Below, one piece after another: positions 1 to 64,000 of a DNA stretch of 64,000 bases (within the stretch, counting starts at the first letter, position 1; the number at the start of each line of letters is the position of its first letter). Position numbers and translations under genes: made by a program. The stretch comes from Chrysomallon squamiferum. Taxonomy: Eukaryota > Animalia > Mollusca. Below the pieces are notes generated by a model, which saw only the letters and a program-made list of their open reading frames with translations, did no database searches and had not been told where the DNA came from. The stretch spans positions 8,246,001 to 8,310,000 of the forward strand of contig CM022676.1 of assembly GCA_012295275.1 (NCBI GenBank), written 5' to 3'.

Positions 1-741
1 TAATGATAATAAATAAATATAAAAACAGTAAAATTTAAAAATTGAGCATCCAATTTAAAGGGTTATGATGATTTTTGTTAGATGTTAATAAATAACATAA
101 ACTGATGCATGAATACATGTTTTAAATTGTATAAACAATATATGTTATTATAATTTAAAGAAAAATAATAATCATAGTAATTTTACTTTGTGAAGTAGCT
201 TCATTAATTAAAAACATCTCTCAGATGTTTAAGTCTGTTTCAAAATATAATAGTAATAATATGTTTGGTAATATTGTTTGAATTATAAATCAAGAAAAGA
301 AAGGAAAAATATCATTTTTAAAAAGAATATACCATTAATTTGCCTATATTAATTTTTTTTTTTTTTTTTTAAATTAAAGTTTTAACATTATATTTACGAT
401 CAAGAATATTTTAAGAAACAATCCATTTAAAACTAACATCACTATCATAAAAATTGTCATTTAATACTTATTTGAAATTTTATCAACATTCTTCATTGTG
501 TGAAATATTGAAATATAAAGTTCATAGGATTTTCAATTAATCTGCACTTTTCAAATTTGTATTTAGATTATAAGACAGAAGCTTAAATTCTGTGAGTCTA
601 ATATACAGCTTTCAGAAATTCAAAAAACACAACAGAAAGAAAGAAAGAGATAGAGAAGGCGCCATTTCTTTTTTAAAAGCTGTGTCTTTGTGAATCAGGC
701 AAATGTTTTGTCTTCGTAAGAGCAAGCTTTGAGTATTTTTC

Positions 742-777
742 TCAACGAAAAATTGAAACACGAAGACTTTTATTTAC
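742..777 (-). CDS. Candidate alternative last exon VNKSLRVSIFR*
   Basis: Strong acceptor GTTTTGTTTTTCAG at 778-780, phase-0 reading to TGA; would need the weak internal donor TCG|GTTTCC at 3389/3388. Confidence 0.35.
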   Translation of the reverse strand, partial: VNKSLRVSIFR

Positions 778-1709
778 CTGAAAAACAAAACCACAGTTAT
801 TAAAAAAGAAGAAAAAAAAAAAACGAGTTAGAAAGAAAAGTTGTCTGGAGCTTTTAGTTGTAAAATTAATAAATAAAGTAAGCAAATCTGTCTTTTTTTT
901 TTTGCGTTTTCTTCTTTCAGTTTAAACATTCAGTAAATATTCATAAGTGTTTATAGTTAGTCATTGTAAGTAAAAAATTAAATTGCTGATTAAGAAGTAA
1001 TTTGTTAATGCCTATATTGTCCTGTTTGATTATATGAAGAAAGAAAAAATGGCCAAAAAAGATTCACATTTTTCTAATTTAAAAAAGATTTAAAAAAAAA
1101 GGAAGAAAGAAAACAAACAAAAACCAACAACAACCAGCCAAAAAAAAAAAAAAAAAAAAAAAAAGAAAAAAAAAAGCATTACTGAAAAATTAATTTAAAT
1201 ATAATAATCATTGTAAAATTGTTATCTTACTAATGATACAATTATGAATTGCACATACTTGTATATTTTTCATTTAAAAAATAATTAAAGGAAAAACAAC
1301 AAAATAGAGTAAATAAACAATTTTATATGGTATATTTCTAGTTGCATAATAAAAAGTTTAAAAACAATATTATGAAAACTACTGACATCAAGTTAAAACT
1401 ATCTATCCATTGTTTACTCTAAACAACAGCTACCACTAATTACTAATATTTTCTAAAAGTCATTAAACTAGAAAACTTTTAAGTAATACAAAACAAAAAA
1501 TAATAAATATTTGTTAAAAAAACAGACTGATGTTGGGATTCCTATTGTTTGAAGTTAGATGATGATGAATTTAAATACAATTTTTAAAATGAGGTCGAAA
1601 GTTTGTGCGCCTATTTGGGCTAATTTAAAATTTTGGCAGTCGTTTCATGTGTTGTTAAGAATCTATCTTTCATTTCCAGACTTTTCTTATCTGTTTTAAA
1701 CATTGTTAC

Positions 1710-1745
<36 letters not shown>

Positions 1746-2414
1746 GCATTGTCATGATTAGATCATACAAGTTTATGATTATGAAGTAATTTTTAACAGT
1801 ATAAATTCACTATCAAAAACATAAAATAAATAAAACAATAAAAAAATCACCTATAAAATAAACTGAAAGAATATAAAACAAAATTTACAATATTGTCCTA
1901 TATTGAATACTTTTGTCACTGAATTATTATATTTTTGGTCATGGTTTAGAAATAAACAAAATACTTTCCCCCTATAAAATTAACAGGTTTTCAACTATAA
2001 ATTAAATATTTAAAGATATATATATATATACATACATATTTAAAAAAAAAAAGTAAATAAATACACATATTTCTTAACTATACTCTGAAATAATTTAAGA
2101 AAAAAAAAGAACAAAGAAGCTCTACTTGCTGTATAATCATATTAGTGAAAAAGTTTGGCCACTCACAAACAAGAAAAAAAAAAAAATAAAAAAAAAAAAT
2201 GTTTATGATCTTCTTTCAAGATAAAAAAACCACAGGTCTGTTTACTGTTCTTGTTACTGTTTCATTTTAATGATATGCAAAAAATAAATGAATCTGACTG
2301 GTTAATTAATAACCAATCAAATTCATCCACCAATATAAATCATTGACAAAAATTGGTATACACACTAATTTAATATTCAAAGATTAACCTAAAAATGTTC
2401 AGTGAAACAAGTTG

Positions 2415-2454
<40 letters not shown>

Positions 2455-3303
2455 TGTTGTAGTGGTAGTAGTAGTAGCACAGCAACAGCAGCAGCAGCAG
2501 CAGTAGTAAATGAAGAAGAAGAAGAAAAAGTTTATTTGGTTATCCAAGATAAAGTTTAATGGCAACACATTATCTCACATTTCTGTTTATCTTTTCAAAA
2601 CTTAATTTTAAACAAAAATGTAGCAGCAACACGAACAGTAGATTCACCTTGATTAATCAGAACACACACTGGCATCTAAACCATTGTTAATAATAAGCAC
2701 TCACATAATAAATAGTCAAATCATTTGTACACATATCACACGTTTCTATAAAGGGGGAGAACTCTAAGCTTTTGCATCAGTCAAAGATGGCCATCACCTG
2801 CCCTTCGTGATATTTTTTTCATTATTCACCTCTCTAGTACATTTCAGCACATTAAATTTCATAACTTAACTAATATTTATGTAAAAAGAAATGGTGAAAG
2901 GGCTTACAGAAAAATTCTTTAGTTGTAATGATAACATTATTATATTCTATTTTTGACAGTATTTTCTTAAACAATAATACAATTATAATGAAAATTGTTA
3001 GCTGTGTAATTCAGTGATTTTATAAAAGGAGGCCCAAATTCTTTTCAGATATTTATAATTTTCAAGACAAGCGTAATATAGGTACAATGATGCTGTATTT
3101 AATCAGATATATCTTATTTTCATCGTTTAAAAAAAATGTCGAAGAAGAAGTAATGATAATAAATAAATATTTAAGAATACAACAAATAATCAGAAAGATT
3201 TCAAAAAATTTTTGTTTTTGTTTTTTTTTGTTGATAAAACAAAACATGAATCATCAAAAGGGCAGACAGTTTCTGAGTATGATTAAAAAAAAAAAAAAAA
3301 AAA

Positions 3304-3344
<41 letters not shown>

Positions 3345-3379
3345 TTTTAAAAAGTGTTCAATTAAAGAGAAGATAACTC

Positions 3380-54987
<51,608 letters not shown>

Positions 54988-55463
54988 CTGGAAATATAAA
55001 CAAAATATCAATTATAATTATCTGTCCATCTGTCTATGTAACTATCTATCTATCTTTCTATCTATGTAACTATCTAACTATCTCTCTATGCACACATACA
55101 CACACACATGCACAAACACACATGCTAGTATTGCTGAACCTGTCTATTACAGCCATTTGTAAAACCAGGCAGAAGTGGTCATTATAGCCAAGTGATTCTT
55201 AAAGATGGCCACCAAAGCAGGAAAGCAGGTCTGTATGTGGATGTGTGTCTGTGTGTGTGTGTGTGTGTGTGTACATATTTACATATTTACATAAAATTGA
55301 TATTTGCATCTACTGAATCATTTGATTCACACATCTAACTTTATTTTTAATCTATGTACGCAAGTATTATTTAAATTGTCTAGTTATCCATATCTATCTA
55401 TCTTTTCACCTCTCCATATATATATATATATATATATATTTATTTTTAATCTTGTATATGTGT

Positions 55464-55607
55464 GTATGCATGTATGTATGTATGTATGTATGTATGTATG
55501 TATGTATGTATGTATGTATGTATGTATGTATGTATGTATGTATGTATGTATGTATGTATGTATGTATGTATGTATGTATGTATGTATGTATGTATGTATG
55601 TATGTAT
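55464..55607. repeat. (TATG)n microsatellite
   Basis: Direct reading. Confidence 0.95.
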
Positions 55608-56911
55608 CATTAATCTATGTATATTTATTTTCTAACATTTGTATGTATGTTCATTTCTTTTATATTTATTTTCCTATTTTGATGTTACATACTTTTTCTT
55701 AATTATTTTGATGTTAATACATCTCTATGGTTATTAATATTACCCATGAGTCTTATCAGAATCAAAAAGATCAATAAACCTAAAGTAATACAGGGCCATT
55801 CATACATACTGTATAAACAGAATTTTGTATAGTTTTTATCTTAATATATACCTGTGTAGGTTTGAATACATGGTTTAATAAATCTACCTTTTGTTGTTTT
55901 CCATGACCAATCTTTAATAGTAACATTTGTAAATATTAATATGAAATATTATTTTCTTTTATCTTAAAGTATACCTATATAGGTATGAATACACGATTTA
56001 ATAAATTAACATTCAGTTTTTACTTTACTGATATACATATATATCTATATTTATCTATATATATATATATTTTTAATATACATAACATATAAACTTTCAT
56101 TACAAGAAGAATCATTAATACATTTATTTAAAATACCCAGCATTCTTGTTTGTTTGTATGAATGTGTGCATGTTTACATGTATATGCATATATGTGTGCA
56201 TATCCATGCAAGCGAATGTTTTTAAGTACATGTGTGCTCATATTTTGCAGGCTGTATTATGTACATCATATCAGAACTCAAAATAAACCATGACACTAAT
56301 CACCAAAATCTGAAAAACTCCCGTAACTACTACTGACTTTAATTGGCATCATTTTATGTGCACCATGATAACTGCTATCTCTCTCTCTCTCTCTCTCTCA
56401 CCTCGATAACCAAAAATATGGCTGTCCTCTGGAGAGACCATTAATCGTGAAAGTTTTGCATTCTACCACATTGCCATAGCTACTTCAACGCGTGGCATGC
56501 CAAGATTTGCGTTTGCGTTGGAAGAGCTCCAGTGAAAAAAAAGATTCATGTGGTGTCGAGTTGTAAGCACTTACACATGCATGCATGCAATCTTGACATC
56601 AACTGAGGCTGGGTGTAAGACTAGGAGTAGTGGTTAGGAGAACAGTATATTGATACAAGGTGTAAAAAAAAAAAAAACACCCAAAAATGATAAGGTAACC
56701 CAAGGCAAGAATCTTGAGAAATTCAAAATACCGTGTAATGTATGTTGACAGAACAGTAACTTCTGAAACTTTTTATTTGTTATTGATATTGGCTCCACAC
56801 ACACCACACATATATAAATATATACATCATTATATATATACATATATATATATATATACATATATATAATTATTATTACTGTTATTAATATTATTATTAT
56901 TATTATTATTA

Positions 56912-56952
<41 letters not shown>

Positions 56953-59900
56953 ATTATTATTACTGTTATTGATATTATTATTAATATTATTATTACTGTT
57001 ATTATTATTGTTGTTGTTGTTGTTGTTGTTGTTGATGATGATGATGAGAAAGAACATACTTCTTCACTGCTATATCATGACATGTTAAAATGATGGGGTT
57101 TTTTTTCTGCCTGCAGCTGTATAAACACATAAATCAGGACAGACTTCATATTGGCCATACAAACATTGCTGCCATGACAGAACCCCCCTACTACTATGTC
57201 AAGAATACATAAATGGTCTGGAAGTCAATGGATGACCTTCTGGTTCACTTGCATGTGTTTTCACACTTCATGCATGGATTGAGATCGTTCAACCATGACG
57301 GTGCCAGAAAACTCCATTTTATGACTTGGTGATTTTGTTAAACAGAGGCATATTTTAAAGAAATTTTTTTTCCATCTATCCTCACCTATAAGTCAGATAT
57401 TTGTGTCTTGTAACAAAGTCAGTTGAAGTTTTGGTAAAACCCAGATTCAGTGGAATATTAATAAAGATAAATAAATATTTCATTGTTAATGCAACTTTTC
57501 TTGTCCTCATCATAAGATATCAGTGATTAAAAAAATAATAAAAAATAAAAATTATAAAAAACTGAACTAAACTGATTTATAGTTGAAATTGTGTGTGGTA
57601 CTTAACCTATGTAAATTAAACTTTTAAAAAATAATATGTTTTAAAGGGAAAAAAAAATAAAAAAAAAGAGTGAAATATCTCTCTTTAACAGATAATTATT
57701 TTTAATAAAAAAAAAATAATAATAATAATAAAAATAATAAATAAATAAATAAAAATTAAAATAATAATAGTAAAACAAAAACAGTAATAACAAAAACAAT
57801 AACAACAACAATAATAAAAACAATAACATATATAGGCATATTCCCCAATTTGTAAGCAAGAGTGCCATTATAAATGAAATATAGTTTCTTCAGATCAGCC
57901 ATTAGACATTGATCATATAAATTTACACTATTCCTATTGCAGAAAAAAAAAAAAAAAAAAAAATAAAGACAGGAAAAATTACAGACTTCCTTGCTTATAA
58001 AACATGCCATTATAACTGAAACAGATTTAAAAAAAAAAAAAAAAAAAAAAGGAATATAATAATAATAATAATAAAAATAACAGCCAAATGACATGCCATT
58101 ATTATGATTATAAGTGAGACAGACATTTTTTTTTTTTTTAAATCCTTTAATAGGATGCTTTTATGTGGTAACACAAACACCAATTTACTCCATAAAGTGA
58201 TATTATCTATTTTTCTTAATATCCAAGTAAAAAAAAAAATATATATAGTTGTTTATTTCTTTTTTTTATCTCAAAACTGCAGACACTTCTAATCTTGGAA
58301 TTCAAATTATCAGTGGGTAGAGAGAGGTAATTAACCTACATACAAACATTTCTCAGCTATACTCCTCAATAAATAAATAAATAAATAAATAAAAATGATA
58401 ATTATAACTATAAAACAACCCCAGAAAGTATGTATGCAAAATAAAAAAGAAAAAAGGAATTAAGATAGAAAACAAGGAAGAAAGAAACAAAGAAAAACAA
58501 ATAAATAATAAAAGAACGTTTAATGTTATATTAATATATGATTAAAATGTTTTGAGAATGTGGATATATGTATGATACTTTGTTGTTTTGTGTTAGTCTG
58601 TATGTTCATCTGTCCCTGTGTGTGTGCATGTCTGCTGGTTTGAGAGAAAGAAAGAAGCAGAGATAGTAAAATGAAGGGAGATTTTCAAACAGAAAGTCAG
58701 ATAAAGAAATAAAAAGGAAAAAAAAACAAAGAAATAGAAGAATTGCAAAATAAATTTCTTTTAGACATCATTTAATTTTGAAATTATTTCTGAAAATTAT
58801 GATTGAGATTAAAAATTATGATTCTTTATTTTAAAAAAATAATAATAATAATAAAAAAATAAAAATAAAACATTACTGCTTGCCAATTTGAAAATTCTAT
58901 TATCACTTTCTACTTGAGAAAATACTTCACTGTTCTATTTATACTTCAAGTATTTAATTTAGTTGATTTGATTTCTTAGAATGATTTATGTTTTCTTTTC
59001 TTTCCTATTTTAATTTTTCTTTTCTTATTTTTGTTTTTCTTTTTTCCTATATTCTATAGCTTTTTTTTCTTTTATTTGTATTATATCCTTTCTTCTTTCT
59101 TTCATTTTTTCTAATTACATTCATTCTTTATTATATTCTTTTTGCTTGTTATAAACTTCATTGTTTTTTTCTTTTTTCATTCATTCCTTCTTTCTTCTTT
59201 CTTTCCTATTCTCTTTTCTTTCTTTTCCTTCTGTTAATTTTTCTTCTTTCTCTCTATTTCCACTCCTTTCTTCTTTTTCTTCTTTATTCTTTCTTTCACT
59301 TTCTTCCTGTCTTATTTATTCATTCATGCACTTTCTTTCTTTCTTTCTTATCAGTTCATCTTCTGAGTGTGTCAGTGATTCAATCATGGCTGCCAGTAAA
59401 CAGTTTCATGTTCAACATTTCAACAAATTATTTCACAACTGAGTCAAGATGGCTGCGACCTCCGACCTTTACACCTCTGACCTTTACATCCCTGATCTTA
59501 GAAAGCCAGTGAAGAAATAAATGGAGGATAAACAACCGCTTACATCTTGTAATGTTCTTTTGTTTTTTCCTGACTTACATTTGAGCTTGTACATGTGCTC
59601 ATCATGTGAGCACCAATTTATTCACTGACTGAGTTTTGTGAGTACAACAAATGTTTTACAAGAGAAGCTTTATGGATTGTATGTAATGTTCACTTTGAAA
59701 CCATTCTGAGTATGTTTCAGTAGGTTAGAAGAAATGGTTACATATTGTATGTAATGTTTGCTTAGAATATATTCTCATTAATTTATGTATGTTACAAGAG
59801 TTATATATAATGTTCAGTTTGAATCCATTCTTAATATCACCAACAAATGGTTTACCATAAATAATATGTTTTACATGGGTTGTATATTTTTTTTTTCTCA

Positions 59901-60638
59901 ACATAATTGTATGTCTGTATATGTGTTTGGCACATAAAAATGTAAAGTTATTCTTTTTTAGGCATTTTTTTTTTTCTTCTTTCATACTTCAATTTTGAAG
60001 GTGTTATTAACTGAACTATATAGAATAACTGAACTATATAGACAGCTGTTTTATTCTTTTGTGGTTTTTTGGGATTTTTTTGTCATATTTTCATTCTTCC
60101 AAGCTTTGTTTCATCCTTGTATGTATGTATGTATGTATGTTAAACACATAAAACATGTAAATTTACCACCTGTATTATTTTTTTGTAGGTTTACTTTACT
60201 CTCTTTAACAGGATAAATAGACCATAAACAATTGCTTACATCTTGTAATTGTTGGTTTCTTTTTTTTCTGGACTTTGTTTTTAAGTTTCTGTATTTTTAA
60301 CACATAAAGATGCATAGTGTGCTCTAGATTGTGTTTCTTTTTCATTTCCTAACTCAAATTTGTAAATCTTTTTTATAAGTAAGAAAAAGAAGAAAAATAA
60401 ATAAACAAATATTTACATCTAGTAATGGTTGTTCTTTGTTTTTTCTGTGACTTTCTTTAAAGCTTCTGTACATTTTGGACACATAAAGATGTAAAGTGTA
60501 TTATAGATAAATGAATCTTCAGGGTCTGTTTTGTAGATGTATTTTAATCTTAATAAATAAATAAATAAACAAACAAACAAGATAAATACTAAAAGAAAAA
60601 CAAAAACTTCTCTGTAATGACCAGAAATAGTTTGATTA

Positions 60639-60683
<45 letters not shown>

Positions 60684-60764
60684 GTAATCTTATTTGAAAG
60701 GGGTTTGTTTTTGGAATCTATGTAACATTTCTGGAACCCATTATCAAAGCTGCACACATATAGC

Positions 60765-60801
<37 letters not shown>

Positions 60802-60863
60802 AAGATATAAGGTATATTCTGAAACATGTGGGTTCTTTATTTCATAACTTATAAAGCTATTTA

Positions 60864-60920
<57 letters not shown>

Positions 60921-62544
60921 AAAATAAGAAAAAGCAGAACCAGTAAATTAATGTTTATATCTTTTAACATTTTTAAAACATTTTTTTTAATTTTGTTTCA
61001 TGACATGTAAATGTCAGAGTTTTTCCTTTTTCCTTGATGTGTTTTTCAATTCTGAAATGCAAACTTGCAAAACTTGAAAGTCCATACCTCTGCTTATCTC
61101 AAATAAATGTCAAAATTCTTCTTTTTCCTTCTTCTTCTTTTTATTTTTTTTAAAAATATTTTCTGCATCTGTTTTCATTTCCAGGTAGTAAGAATCAGTA
61201 TGATTATAAAGATTGTTTTAAAGCTTTTAAAATTATATTTGACCATCTGATGCATTATGGTGTATGTAAATTTAATGTTTAAAATGTTTTATGTACACAG
61301 TAATTAGTGTAGATTGAAAATCTGAAACAAGAAGCTTTTGATAATGAAGATGAAAAGTTGGCCACAATTTCAGCACAGGTATATTCCAAAAAAGATATTT
61401 TGATATAGAAATTCTATGTGTCTGTCTGTATGTGTGTGTGTGTTTGTGTGTGTACATGTATGTGTGTATGTATGTATGTGTTTGTGTTTATGTGTATATA
61501 CATCTATAAATTGTATATATATCTATTTATGTCTGTCAGTATGTATGTGTGTGTGTGTGTATATATATGCATGAACATGTCGTGTGTGTGTGTGTATGTG
61601 TTAAAATAGATGTGTGTCTATATATATGTATATAAATGCATGTGTATGTATGTATTATATATATACACACGACATAATACATAAACCTACGTCTATATAA
61701 CTGTTAACGAGAACATGAAATCAATATGAGATCTATAATTCTCATAAAATATTAATAAATTCCACCCCAAAAAAATTTAATAAAAATAATAATAATAATA
61801 AAAAATAGAGTGAAAAACAGAAAACCAAATACAATAAAAAAAGAGAAAAACCACTTAAAATGATGAAGTGACTATCACATTTAGAATATTATTAAATCAT
61901 GGCTTAATAAATTTATTATTATTTTCATTTTTATTAAATTTATGTTACATGTCCCCAAGGCTTAATTTTATAACCAACATCAGACGCAATATTAATATTG
62001 AAATGTTTTATTTTTTATTTATTTTTTTATTTTTTATTTTATTATTATCTTTTTTTAGATAATTCTGTTAAAAAGCTTTATTGCTTTTCAGATAAGGACT
62101 GATAAAATTCCATTTGAAACTGCTGTTCTTCATTTAGAAAATACTTGACAATATTTCTGTGTAAATCAGATATACAGCACCTACTTATGTGATATGTTCT
62201 GTATAAAACATCCAGATAAAAACTAACAACATAACTGATATTCTCATGTAGGAAATATGTGACAATATTTCACTTGTAATTCAAATATACAACACCTACT
62301 CATGTGTTACACTGTGAATAAAACATGTTGTTAAGATTGCTTGATATACGAGTTGTGTATTATTTATTAATTTGAAATATTTCTATGAAAATGAAAAAAA
62401 ATAAAATAAAATAATAATAATAATAATAATAATAAATAATAATAATAAATAAAAAATTAATTAATTAATAAACAAACAAGATAATACTAAAAGAAAAACA
62501 CAAACATCTCTGTAATAACCAAAAATAGTTTGGCTGTATTATTA

Positions 62545-62601
<57 letters not shown>

Positions 62602-62916
62602 GTAATAATCACAACAACAAAAAGAACAACAATTATAATACAAACATATTAACACAGACTTTGTACTTTTCAATGCTCAAGATAGTGTTATATGTAATTA
62701 ACTGAGTTTATCATATAACAGACTTGTTCTGATTGACTATCGTGACATAGCAGTGATCAGTAACATAGCTTCAGGATGGAATTTGTATTAAGACTTGATA
62801 AAAAAGTGTTAATTATCTGTTATAAGTACACTTTGATTACAGAAAGATGTGTGCATGTGTTTGTGTGTTAATAGATATGTGTGTGTATATATATATATAT
62901 ATATATAAAAATATTC

Positions 62917-63503
62917 TGACCATTGACCAATAACAAAATACACACTTGACCACTGCCCAATAACAAAATACACATTGACCATTGACCAATAACAAAATAC
63001 ACACTTGACCACTGACCAATAACAAAATACACACTTAACCACTGACCAATAACAAAATACACACTTGACCACTGCCCAATAACAAAATACACACTTGACC
63101 ACTGCCCAATAACAAAATACACACTTGACCACTGCCCAATAACAAAATACACACTTGACCACTGCCCAATAAGAAAATACACACTTGACCACTGACCAAT
63201 AACAGAATACACACTTAACCACTGACCAATAACAAAATACACACTTAACCACTGCCCAATAACAAAATACACACTTGACCACTGCCCAATAACAAAATAC
63301 ACACTTAACCACTGCCCAATAACAAAATACACACTTAACCACTGCCCAATAACAAAATACACACTTGACCACTGACCAATAACAGAATACACACTTAACC
63401 ACTGCCCAATAACAAAATACACACTTAACCACTGCCCAATAACAAAATACACACTTGACCACTGCCCAATAACAAAATACACACTTGACCACTGCCCAAT
63501 AAC
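62917..63503. repeat. 30-bp minisatellite, about 19-20 near-identical copies (TRACCACTGMCCAATAACAAAATACACACT)
   Basis: Direct reading; explains the 227-aa and 245-aa repetitive ORFs. Confidence 0.97.
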
Positions 63504-63764
63504 CAAACTAACACTGACCAATGAAGCCATAGCTGTCAGGCCACTTTGTGTTACACATACACACTCTGGGCTGTACGACACTGATGTTTGATCACTGAAA
63601 ATCAATTGACATCAGTGACCTGGTGTCAGTGGCAGTCAGTATCAAATTTAATTAATCTGCAAGCTGTTTGTGTGGCTGTGAGCGGCATATTGATAACCAG
63701 GAGCATCTGGCTCTCCCGAATAATCAAATGTTATTTTTAATGTGTTTTGAACATAGATATAGAA

Positions 63765-63905
<141 letters not shown>

Positions 63906-64000
63906 GGTTATTGATAACAAGAGCATCTGGCTATCCAAAAACTTAAATGTAGTTCTGGTACATTTAAATTGCATGTAGAGATGTCTCTGTGTGTATGTGT

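Noticed and set aside
59380-59460. YY1-like motif CAAGATGGCTGC (similar at ~2784 and ~55201)
   Set aside because: Short motif matches with no supporting promoter context
62809-63605. 227-aa and 245-aa ORFs (VVKCVFCYWA / SVYFVIGQWS repeats)
   Set aside because: They are translations of a 30-bp minisatellite with no unique domain or splice context

Overview
This is very AT-rich, microsatellite-dense animal genomic DNA. A gastropod mollusc is my guess, inferred from the style of a decayed interspersed repeat and not verified. Almost all ORFs in the supplied track are low-complexity artefacts. The window holds the 3' part of one large minus-strand gene that I assembled by hand from GT-AG exons with consistent phases. 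It is a C2CD2L/TMEM24-C2CD2 family ER-plasma membrane lipid-transfer protein (SMP domain, linker, C2 domain, Ser-rich/polybasic tail). Sixteen core exons between 54987 and 3380 join into 2025 nt (674 aa + stop). The N-terminal transmembrane exon was not found and probably lies beyond 64000. The most interesting signals are: (1) frame-preserving microexons and an alternative donor, two of which fall in the Ca2+-binding loops of a C2 domain that keeps 4 of 5 canonical aspartates; (2) a candidate internal terminal exon and candidate internal ATG-first exons that could split the gene into SMP-only and C2/tail-only isoforms; (3) a cluster of RFX X-box motifs, one paired with CCAAT boxes; (4) several tandem arrays abutting exons. 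I found no RNA genes, CRISPR arrays or intact transposon ORFs. All isoform and regulatory claims are sequence-based inferences that need RNA data.
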